DNA of 64,000 nucleotides from positions 68,204 to 132,203 of the forward strand of contig JAIEPW010000018.1 of the NCBI GenBank assembly GCA_019748195.1. Direction: 5' to 3'. Each line of letters opens with the position of its first letter. The stretch's first letter is position 1. Below, in pieces: positions 26,040 through 34,130 of this stretch. The notes beneath the pieces were generated by a model that was not told the origin of the DNA, did not search any database, and saw nothing but the letters and a program-made list of their open reading frames with translations. The DNA is from Bryobacteraceae bacterium. GTDB lineage: Bacteria > Acidobacteriota > Terriglobia > Bryobacterales > Bryobacteraceae. A program made the translations under genes and the position numbers.

Positions 26040-27431
26040 TTAACTACTCCCGAGCGCGCGCATCCATTCCCGATAGCGGGGCGAACCGCGAACGGCGTCG
26101 AAGCGCGGATCGACGGCGACAAACAGCAATTGCGGTTCCCGTTCCGCGGCGGCGCGTTCCAGCCAGTCCATTGCGGGCTCTGCTTCGCCGATCGCCGCAT
26201 ACATCGCGGCCAGCTTCATCGCCGCTCCCGGCGAACCCTCGGGCTTGCGATTCGGATTTCCGAGATTCCGGCGCCACAGGCCCGTGAACCCTGCCGTCTG
26301 AATGATCGCGCGTACCCGCGCGATCTCTTCCTCGCCGACACGAACCTGCGCCAGCCATGTTTCAAACTGAATTCGCGCATCTTCGCTCCTCCCCACCCGC
26401 AGATAAGAGTCGCTGAGCAGGCGGTGCGCGGGCGCGAGTCCGGGATCCATCGTCAACGCCAGCTCCAACTCGCGCACCGATTCCTGGAAGTTGCGCGCCA
26501 GATATTGGAGATGCCCCGCCCACAGGCGATTCAACGGCGTCGCCGGGCTGATCCGGATGGCTTGATTCATGGCCCGAACCGCTCCTTGGATCTCGCCGCG
26601 CGCCATGCGGACGGACGCCAGGGTCCGCCACGCAAGCGGGGATCGGCGGTCCAGGCGAACCGCTTTCTCCGCGCTTCCCATCGCTTGCCGGAGACGCCAC
26701 CGGACCTTGGTCTCCACCCCCGCCACCGCGGACTGAACCACAGCCGAGCGGGGCGCCAACTCCAGGGCTTTGCCAGCTTGCTGCTGGGCGATCTGTCCCG
26801 CCTCACGCGCCGGCAGCAACCCGATCTCGGCCATGTCCAGAACCACGATGGCAAGGTAAGCGCGGGATTCGGCAAACTCCGGCGCCGCCGCGATCGCTTC
26901 CTCGAAGTGGCGTCGCGCCTGCACCAGGGACTCCGCCCGCCACTGTTCGTGATGATAAATCCCGGCGGCGTGGCTCGCCGGGGGCGGGTCCGGGCCGGCT
27001 TCCGGCGCGGGAAGAATCCATAGGCTGAGAGCGAGGAAGATACCCGCGGCGGCCGCTCCAGGCCACCGGTTCCAGGGCGCAGGCCGCGCCGCCGCCGGAA
27101 CCGCGCTCTCCGTCTGGATCTTCTCTACCGGAATTATCAGACGGTACCCGCGGCCGGAAATCGTCTCAATGAAGCGCGGCGCGGCGGCGGCATCGCTTAG
27201 GGCCGCACGCACCCGGTTCACCGCGTTATTCAGTCCCCGTTCATAATCCACGTTGGTGTCGGGCCAGAGGCGGGATCGCAGCTCCTCCCGGCTTACGATC
27301 TCGCCGGGACGCTCCAGCAGCGCCAGCAGCAGTTCGACCGGCTTTCCCGCCAGCCGTATAGCCAGTCCGTGCTTCCGCAGTTGCCGCGAGCCGCTCTCCA
27401 ACTCGAAAGGACCGAAGCGATATCCACTCAT
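26040..27431 (-). CDS. CadC/ToxR-like transcriptional regulator: winged-helix (OmpR/PhoB-type) + TM + TPR sensor domain
   Basis: N-terminus YRFGPFELESGSRQLRKHG...GRGYRLI (trans_reg_C). One hydrophobic helix, then TPR-like repeats. Confidence 0.8.
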   Translation of the reverse strand: MSGYRFGPFELESGSRQLRKHGLAIRLAGKPVELLLALLERPGEIVSREELRSRLWPDTNVDYERGLNNAVNRVRAALSDAAAAPRFIETISGRGYRLIIPVEKIQTESAVPAAARPAPWNRWPGAAAAGIFLALSLWILPAPEAGPDPPPASHAAGIYHHEQWRAESLVQARRHFEEAIAAAPEFAESRAYLAIVVLDMAEIGLLPAREAGQIAQQQAGKALELAPRSAVVQSAVAGVETKVRWRLRQAMGSAEKAVRLDRRSPLAWRTLASVRMARGEIQGAVRAMNQAIRISPATPLNRLWAGHLQYLARNFQESVRELELALTMDPGLAPAHRLLSDSYLRVGRSEDARIQFETWLAQVRVGEEEIARVRAIIQTAGFTGLWRRNLGNPNRKPEGSPGAAMKLAAMYAAIGEAEPAMDWLERAAAEREPQLLFVAVDPRFDAVRGSPRYREWMRALGSS

Positions 27432-27521
27432 AACAGCCGCCCCTTCACGATCTTACGAAGTGAGACGCAATGGAGGCCGATTTGGTGCGACATCGAGTCG
27501 CCGTGGCCGTCCTCGGCCTTT

Positions 27522-28478
27522 ATGAACACCAGAATCCTACTCCTGCTTGCCGCCATGGGGCTGCCCGCGTTAGAGGCCCAGCAGAGAACGTCCGGTTTCG
27601 TCCCCACGGCCGGCGGCATCCAACTGTACTACGAGAAGATCGGCGCCGGCCCGCAGGTAATCATCATGCCGCTGGGATTCATTCTGCAGCCGGATTTCGA
27701 GCGCCTCGCGTCCCCCGGAAGGACGCTGATCTTCTACGACCAACGCAACCGCGGCCGTTCCGGAGCCGACCCTCGCGCTACCCTCGCCGCCGAGGTCGCG
27801 GATATGGAAGCGCTGCGGGCACACCTGAAAGTGGAACGCTTTTCCGCCATCGGCTACTCCTACCTCGGCCTGATGACGATCCTCTACACCCTGGAACACC
27901 CCTCCCGCGTGGAGCGCGTTGTGCAAATCGGCCCTGTCCCCATGAAGTTCGGAACCGAGTATCCGCCCGAGCACCGGAATCAGGATTCACTGGAGAGCCT
28001 GGTATCCAAAGCCGCCGTAGAAGAAGTCCTGCGCCTCCGGCAGGAAGGGTTTCACGAGAAGGAGCCCCGCGCCTATTGCGAGAAGGAATGGAAGGTCACC
28101 CGTTACCGCCTGGTGGGCGATCCGGCGCACGTCGAGAAGCTCGGGCCTGGGCACTGCCAATTCGAAAACGAATGGCCCATCCGCGCCGGCAAGTTCTGGG
28201 CGGAGGTCCGGATGAAGGAGATGCAGAACCTGGTGGTCCCTCGCGACCGGATCGCCGCCCTGAAGCAGCCGGTGCTCACCATCCACGGCGCCAAGGACCG
28301 CAACGCACCCTATGGTTCCGGACGCGAATGGGCTGCGACCCTCGGCAATGCTCGCCTGCTCACGGTGCCTGGCGCTGCTCATCAATGCTGGGTAGAGGCG
28401 CCTGGCCTTGTGTTGGGCGCCATCGACACGTTCTTCAAAGGGAACTGGCCGAAGCAGGCGGCCAAATTGGCGAAGTAG
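27522..28478 (+). CDS. Secreted alpha/beta hydrolase (proline-iminopeptidase-like)
   Basis: The internal ATG gives signal MNTRILLLLAAMGLPALEAQ. GYSYLG nucleophile elbow. HGAKD and AAHQ catalytic-region motifs. Confidence 0.75.
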   Translation: MNTRILLLLAAMGLPALEAQQRTSGFVPTAGGIQLYYEKIGAGPQVIIMPLGFILQPDFERLASPGRTLIFYDQRNRGRSGADPRATLAAEVADMEALRAHLKVERFSAIGYSYLGLMTILYTLEHPSRVERVVQIGPVPMKFGTEYPPEHRNQDSLESLVSKAAVEEVLRLRQEGFHEKEPRAYCEKEWKVTRYRLVGDPAHVEKLGPGHCQFENEWPIRAGKFWAEVRMKEMQNLVVPRDRIAALKQPVLTIHGAKDRNAPYGSGREWAATLGNARLLTVPGAAHQCWVEAPGLVLGAIDTFFKGNWPKQAAKLAK

Positions 28479-28486
28479 TCACCCGC

Positions 28487-29110
28487 CTAGTCCTTCAACA
28501 CCCTTGCTGTCTTGATGAAATCCAGCCGGGGGAACGAGTTCAGATACGCGCTCCCCTGGTTTTCCAGCTTCGAGGCGTCCGGGCCATAGCCTCGCGGCGA
28601 CGAGTCCCCGTATCCCGCGTACAACTTCTCCACCACGTCCATTCCGCTGACCACCTTGCCGAATGGAACGAAGCTCTGCCCGTCCAACCGTCCGGAATTA
28701 TCGGCGAGATTTACAAACACTTGCGTGGTGCGGGTGTTCGGTCCGTTATGAGCAAAGGCGATGGCGCCTTTCTTGTTAGACTGCTTGCGCTGGTCGTCGA
28801 ACGTCCGGTTCAGCCGCCACAATTCGTTCACCCGCGGATCTCTATGAATCCCGAACTGCGCGACATAGCCCTTCATCACCCGGTAGAACGCGGAGTCATC
28901 GAAAAAGTTCTCCCGGACCAACTCCCAGAAGCGATCCGCGCCGTTGGGCGCCCAGGCGCGGGTCACCTCGACGGTGAAGTCGCCCTTGGTCGTCGTGAAC
29001 AGCACTTTGTAGACGGCGGGCGTCGGCTCCGGCTTCGGAGCTTCCGTTTTCGGCTTCTCGGAAGCGCACCCGAACAACAGCAGGGACATGGCAACCGCGG
29101 CGATACGCAC
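28487..29110 (-). CDS. Cyclophilin-type peptidyl-prolyl isomerase, lipoprotein
   Basis: Lipobox SLLLFGC. FYRVMKGYVAQFG cyclophilin signature. Confidence 0.85.
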   Translation of the reverse strand: MRIAAVAMSLLLFGCASEKPKTEAPKPEPTPAVYKVLFTTTKGDFTVEVTRAWAPNGADRFWELVRENFFDDSAFYRVMKGYVAQFGIHRDPRVNELWRLNRTFDDQRKQSNKKGAIAFAHNGPNTRTTQVFVNLADNSGRLDGQSFVPFGKVVSGMDVVEKLYAGYGDSSPRGYGPDASKLENQGSAYLNSFPRLDFIKTARVLKD

Positions 29111-29119
29111 CGCTTTATT

Positions 29120-29866
29120 CTAGGCCACCCGCAGGTCCGCCGACAGGACCCGCCGCCTCGCCGTGACGCGGTGTGCCACCACCTGGCCGGCAATGAACAC
29201 GGCTGGCGGCTCCACCTGCGTCTCGCCTCGCGCCACCTCCGCCAGCGTGCTCTCCACACAACGCTGGCGCGGTGTGGAAGCTCGTTCCACGAAGGCAACC
29301 GGCTGGCCGGGCGGCCGCCCTGCCGCGATCAGCGCTGCCGCGATCCGCGCCCGGTGCTTCACCCCCATCAGGATCACCAGCGTGTCCACCGGGGCGTACG
29401 CCTCCCACGATTCCGTCATCCCGCCTTCGGCCTGCCCCGTGATCACCGCGAACGATCGCGCCACGCCCCGCAGCGTAAGCGGTATCCCGTGCAGCGAAGG
29501 CGCGGCGATCGCGGAGCTGATTCCCGGAACGATCTCCACTGCGATCCCGCGGGCGGCAAGCCACAGCCACTCCTCTGCCCCGCGCCCGAACACCATCGGA
29601 TCGCCGCCCTTCAGCCGGACTACGCTGCGATGCCGCCGCGCGCACAGCGCCATCAGCTCCAAAATCCGGCGCTGTGCTGTTTCTTGCTCGCCTTCCTCCT
29701 TGCCGACGTAATGAAGCTCGGCGTTCGGATTCGCGCAAGCCAGGATCTCGGGGCTTACCAGCCGGTCGTACAGCACCGCGTCGGCCGCGGCCAGCAGGCG
29801 ATGCGCCTTCACGGTCAGCAGATCGGGATCGCCGGGTCCGGCGCCCACCAGGTAGATGGTGTTCAT
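29120..29866 (-). CDS. cobA: Uroporphyrinogen-III C-methyltransferase (SUMT)
   Basis: MNTIYLVGAGPGDPDLLTVKA... from the internal ATG. The start overlaps the upstream gene's stop (ATGA 29863-29866). Confidence 0.85.
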   Translation of the reverse strand: MNTIYLVGAGPGDPDLLTVKAHRLLAAADAVLYDRLVSPEILACANPNAELHYVGKEEGEQETAQRRILELMALCARRHRSVVRLKGGDPMVFGRGAEEWLWLAARGIAVEIVPGISSAIAAPSLHGIPLTLRGVARSFAVITGQAEGGMTESWEAYAPVDTLVILMGVKHRARIAAALIAAGRPPGQPVAFVERASTPRQRCVESTLAEVARGETQVEPPAVFIAGQVVAHRVTARRRVLSADLRVA

Positions 29867-30525
29867 GAGTAGGCCGGCACTGGATATTCCACCAGCTCCT
29901 CGGAAAGAATGCGCTTCAACAGCGACTCGGCGTCGTTTCTTCGTCCCTCGCGCAGCAAGCCGAGCGCCCCGGAGTCCACCAGGCGATACCATAGCGCCTT
30001 GCGCTTCTCGAATTCGCCCACCTGAGCCCCGATATGCGGCCGCAATCGCTCGGCGAGCTCGAGAAACTGTCCGTACTCCGGACCCAGCTCCCCGGCCAGG
30101 CGCTCCCGCAGCCGCACCCCCAGCGCCGGGCATTGCCCGTTGGTCGAAACCGCCACCGTCAGGTTTCCGCTGCGATGCGTGGACGCAACGATGAAGCGGC
30201 AGTTTCTCGGATCGTCCACGGCGTTGAACAATTGGCCGCGCTGTTCCGCTTCCGCGAACAGCGCCTCGTTCTCGCGCCGCGACATCGCGCTGATCACCAG
30301 CAGAAACCCCGCCATGTCGCCCTGCCGGTAGGGGCAAGGCCGATGCTCGATCACCTTCCGCAGCGCCAGGTCCTGCAGCGCGGGGGTCAGTTCGGTGGCC
30401 TGTACCACAACACGCGCTCCGGCTTCGAGCAGCTTCGCGACCTTCTCCTCGGCCATGAAGCCGCCGCCCGCAACCAGCACACGCTTTCCCTCCAGATCCA
30501 GAAATACGGGGAAAGAGAAATTCAT
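29863..30525 (-). CDS. Precorrin-2 dehydrogenase / sirohydrochlorin ferrochelatase (CysG N-terminal / SirC-Met8-like)
   Basis: FPVFLDLEGKRVLVAGGG Rossmann start typical of siroheme synthase N-terminal domains. The start overlaps the sulfite reductase stop. Confidence 0.75.
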   Translation of the reverse strand: MNFSFPVFLDLEGKRVLVAGGGFMAEEKVAKLLEAGARVVVQATELTPALQDLALRKVIEHRPCPYRQGDMAGFLLVISAMSRRENEALFAEAEQRGQLFNAVDDPRNCRFIVASTHRSGNLTVAVSTNGQCPALGVRLRERLAGELGPEYGQFLELAERLRPHIGAQVGEFEKRKALWYRLVDSGALGLLREGRRNDAESLLKRILSEELVEYPVPAYS

Positions 30526-32189
30526 GCCGCCGCCTCCGATTCCAATAGCCGATTTCGAAGCGATTCCACGCCAACCCGATGCACCCAGTCGCCGAACCCT
30601 TCGCGGGGCCCGCGATCCGCGGCGTACAGCGCGAATAGCGGCGACAATCGCGCCGCGACATCATCCCCACGCACTCCGTGGGAGTACAACGTTGCCAGGC
30701 GCGTGCCCGCCGCTGAACCGCCCAGGTAAATGCTATAGAGGTTCACGCTCTGCCCAACGATCCCGATTTCCGCCGTGTAGGGTCTCGCGCAACCGTTCGG
30801 GCAGCCGGTAACCCGCACCCGGATTGCCTCTCCCGACAGCTCGGCGCGATCGGCCTCCGCCTGGATCGCGCCGAACAATTCCGGCCCGATTCTCTCGGCC
30901 TCCGTCAACGCTTGTCCGCAGGTAGGCAGCGCCGGACACGCCATCGAATGGCGCAGCACCGGCGGCAGCGATGCCGCCGGTTGCAACCCGGCGTCCCGCA
31001 GGGCGATCTCCAGAGCGGCGCGATCCTCGATTCCCGTGAGCAGCAGGTTCTGCTGAGCGGTCAGCCGGACCTCGCAGCGAAACCGCTCGACAATCGAGCG
31101 GAGTGCCGCCCGCTGGGCGCCTTGAATCCGTCCGCTGACGATGCGCAAGCCAACAAACCAGGCGCGATCGTTCTGCCGGTGCCAGCCCAGGTAATCATCC
31201 CCTCGAGTCCAGACGATGTCCCGCGGCGGCTCCGGCGTGAAGTCCAGGCGAGCGGCGAACTCGCGCCGGAACTTCTCCACGCCCCAGGCGTCGAGCACGT
31301 ACTTCAGCCTCGCCAGCTTGCGATTGTCGCGATTTCCGAAATCCCGGTGAATGGCGACGACGGCCTTGGCTGCGTCCAGCAGCTTCGCGGGAGGGACGAA
31401 GGCAATCGGATCCGCCAGACGCGGATGGCTGGCTTTCACGCCGTTGCTTTGCCCAAGGCCGCCGCCGGCCAGAATGGTGAACCCCTGAAGCTCACCAAAC
31501 TCGTGGTGCGGCACGATCCCCAGGTCGTTGCCGTAGATATCCGTAGTGTTGTCGCCCGGATACGCGAACGCGATCTTGAACTTCCGTGGCAGGTAGGTGT
31601 CGCCGTATAGCGGCTCCGATTCCTCTTCCCAACTCACCGCGCGTTCCCCGTCGATCCAGATTTCCGCGTATGCGTTCGACCTCGGCTTCAACTCCCGCGA
31701 CAGCAGTTCTATAAAGGGCCACAGATCCTTCCGCTCGCGTGTCTCCATCGGTGCGGCGCACGCGATCACGTTGCGAACCACGTCGCCGCAGGCGGCGAAC
31801 GTGCTCAGGCTAATGCTTTCCAACGCTTGCAGCAAAATCCGCAGGTCGCGCTTGCCCACGTAGTGGTACTGAATGTCCTGCCGCGAAGTAATGCGCAGAG
31901 TGCCGTCCCCGGCTTCGTCCGCCAGCCGGTCTAACTCCAGGTATTGCAGCGCCGTCAACCGCCCCCCCGGAATCCCCACCCGGATCATGAAAGTCTGCGA
32001 CTTCTCTCCGGATTTGCGGAGGTCGCGATCCTCCTGCTGGTACATCCCGTGGAATTTAAGAAGCGTAGTGGCGGGCTTGGAGAAGCCGGGCAGGGGATTG
32101 TTCAGCTCCTCTGCGAGCGAGCCGCGGAGCCGGTGACTGGACTGTTTCAGGGCTTCGACGGCTGTCATTGCACCATTGTAGATGGACAA
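30522..32189 (-). CDS. Ferredoxin-type assimilatory sulfite (or nitrite) reductase, siroheme/4Fe-4S
   Basis: Cys cluster motifs CPALPTCGQA and TGCPNGCARP. About 555 aa. The start is either TTG 32189 or ATG 32168. Confidence 0.8.
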   Translation of the reverse strand: MSIYNGAMTAVEALKQSSHRLRGSLAEELNNPLPGFSKPATTLLKFHGMYQQEDRDLRKSGEKSQTFMIRVGIPGGRLTALQYLELDRLADEAGDGTLRITSRQDIQYHYVGKRDLRILLQALESISLSTFAACGDVVRNVIACAAPMETRERKDLWPFIELLSRELKPRSNAYAEIWIDGERAVSWEEESEPLYGDTYLPRKFKIAFAYPGDNTTDIYGNDLGIVPHHEFGELQGFTILAGGGLGQSNGVKASHPRLADPIAFVPPAKLLDAAKAVVAIHRDFGNRDNRKLARLKYVLDAWGVEKFRREFAARLDFTPEPPRDIVWTRGDDYLGWHRQNDRAWFVGLRIVSGRIQGAQRAALRSIVERFRCEVRLTAQQNLLLTGIEDRAALEIALRDAGLQPAASLPPVLRHSMACPALPTCGQALTEAERIGPELFGAIQAEADRAELSGEAIRVRVTGCPNGCARPYTAEIGIVGQSVNLYSIYLGGSAAGTRLATLYSHGVRGDDVAARLSPLFALYAADRGPREGFGDWVHRVGVESLRNRLLESEAAA

Positions 32190-32246
32190 TGGTAATTTGG
32201 CAACGAGAAAATATAATCTCCATCTAGATTAGTAGATTATCTGAAA

Positions 32247-34067
32247 TCAGTGAGTTACGATGTTGGCTGCGGTGATCTGCCAATGCCCATCGCGCTTGCT
32301 CCACTGAAGATTGATCGCACTACCCAGGCCGGAGGCGGCCTTCAGCCGGGCAATGGTCTGGAATCGGCCGGTCCGGAAAGCCGGCCGGCCAGCCGTGGCG
32401 GAACGCGAAACTTGCCCCGCACCGCACTCCGACATGGCCGCGAGTTCGTCGGAGACGCGCGCCAGCAGGAACATCTGAGCGCCGCGGTGCGGCACTTCCT
32501 GCAAGTGAGGATGGCTGTGTTCGTCGGGAGCGACCAGTTCCGCGCCGCCTTGTCGGGGGAGCATCGCCACGATCCCGCTTAGAAATGCGGCGGGCGCGCC
32601 CGCGTCCCGGATCTCCGAACAACCAGAGGCCTCCGGTGCGAAGTACCCGGCGGCTTTCGCGAAATCGCGCTTTTGGAGCCATGTCGCGAAAAAATCTTCC
32701 GTCGCCTGAATCAGCTCGGGTTCGGCGCGAAACTCCTTGGCTCGCGATGCGGCAGCATTCGGACGCGGGGCGATGGCCGGAGCCGCGGCTCGCTGGAACG
32801 GATGCTCCAGGTGCCAGGAAACTACCTTCCAGTAACCCTCTTCCTTGCTCCACACCTGCGTCAGATAAGTCGGTCCGCCGCTTTCTTTGCGCAACCGCGT
32901 GATGGAGGCGTATTTGTCGTTGAACTTGTGGGACACCGACGGCAACTCCTCGGCAAGGTCGGTTTTGAACCGCACCCGGCAATCCAAGGCCCGAGCGTCA
33001 TCATCGGCGAGTTGCTCCAGGCTGAAGAGCTTCCCGTGCGGGTGCTGCATCGGCCGAGCTCCGGGAGCGTACAAGGGCGCACCCTCCACGACTTCCTCGA
33101 GCGAGGTCACTTTTCCGTAAGCATGGGCAGCCTTCCGCATCTGCTCCAGGATCCGCAGGTTTGCCAGATTGCTGTCGATGCTCTCGCCCGTCTGGAACTC
33201 CGCGAGGCACGCATAGGAGACGATCGAGAGATACGCAAAGGCTTGCTCCGGCTTACCGTCTACCAGCCAGCTTTGAAGATAGTCGTGAACCGCTTCTTCC
33301 AGTGGGGCCGACGCTTTCACTCGAGGCCTATCCGGAACCTGGATGTTCAGCGCGACGGAGACCGTCTCTGCGTGCGCGGCAAATAACCCCAGGAAGTCGC
33401 GCCACCATTCCTCGAAGCCGCTCCAACGCCGGGCATGCACCGCGGGGTTCTTCCCGGCGCGAATGTCGGAGTTAGCGGCCGTCAGATGACCGTTCACCAG
33501 AGCCTTCGGACCAGAGGACGAACGATAATCGACATCAATGTCGGCGCGCCTTCCCGTGCGCGTCACCGAGATCTGAATCGAAGGCGTCCCGCCCTCCTGC
33601 CGGAAGTTGATCGGATAACCAAGGTGGTAAATAGTGTTGTCGCCGGTCCGCTTGAACTCGCGGGACGCGTAAAGCTTGTTCAACGCATTCTTCTTCAGCT
33701 TGACGTAGAGCCGGAACTGATGATCGCCCCGCGAGCCCGGCAACTGCCCGTGAGCCGACTCCACCATTTCCACCAGGTCCAGCGCCTTGCCCAGGGAAGT
33801 CCCGTCCGCCGCGGTAAGCGGAGTATTCAACAGCGCGTGCGTCACCGCGTCGAACGTGGTCCTTGTGGAGAGAGTGAGCGACTCGTACGTCGAAACATCC
33901 ACTTTATTGCCGGTAATTCGGCCGTACTCGGCCAGCCAGGCCTGCACCAGCTTTTTCTGTTCCGGTCGAAGCTTTTGATAGCTGCCGCTCGCCGGTCCGG
34001 CGTAAGGCCGCTGCTGGGCGGTCGCGAGCGCCACCAGCAGAATTGCGGGAAGAAAACGAGGATTCAT
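32247..34067 (-). CDS. 606-aa secreted hypothetical protein with two NTF2/SnoaL-like modules in the C-terminal half
   Basis: Signal MNPRFLPAILLVALATAQQ. Two ...FF..WL...DF..AA.YF... / WSKxxGxWxI-type segments (VWSKEEGYWKVVSWHLE; LQWSKRDGHWQITAANI). High GC3 throughout. Confidence 0.6.
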   Translation of the reverse strand: MNPRFLPAILLVALATAQQRPYAGPASGSYQKLRPEQKKLVQAWLAEYGRITGNKVDVSTYESLTLSTRTTFDAVTHALLNTPLTAADGTSLGKALDLVEMVESAHGQLPGSRGDHQFRLYVKLKKNALNKLYASREFKRTGDNTIYHLGYPINFRQEGGTPSIQISVTRTGRRADIDVDYRSSSGPKALVNGHLTAANSDIRAGKNPAVHARRWSGFEEWWRDFLGLFAAHAETVSVALNIQVPDRPRVKASAPLEEAVHDYLQSWLVDGKPEQAFAYLSIVSYACLAEFQTGESIDSNLANLRILEQMRKAAHAYGKVTSLEEVVEGAPLYAPGARPMQHPHGKLFSLEQLADDDARALDCRVRFKTDLAEELPSVSHKFNDKYASITRLRKESGGPTYLTQVWSKEEGYWKVVSWHLEHPFQRAAAPAIAPRPNAAASRAKEFRAEPELIQATEDFFATWLQKRDFAKAAGYFAPEASGCSEIRDAGAPAAFLSGIVAMLPRQGGAELVAPDEHSHPHLQEVPHRGAQMFLLARVSDELAAMSECGAGQVSRSATAGRPAFRTGRFQTIARLKAASGLGSAINLQWSKRDGHWQITAANIVTH

Positions 34068-34130
34068 TGACTTTGTCAGACAAGATGCCGCTGCAAACGG
34101 CCTGGAGTTTTATTTTGCGTCCATTGAGGC

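Noticed and set aside
32212-32217. Perfect TATAAT on the plus strand upstream of the sulfite reductase region, considered as an antisense promoter into the 606-aa gene.
   Set aside because: No plausible -35 element and no plus-strand gene downstream. The hexamer is more simply part of the AT-rich minus-strand promoter region of the sulfite reductase operon.
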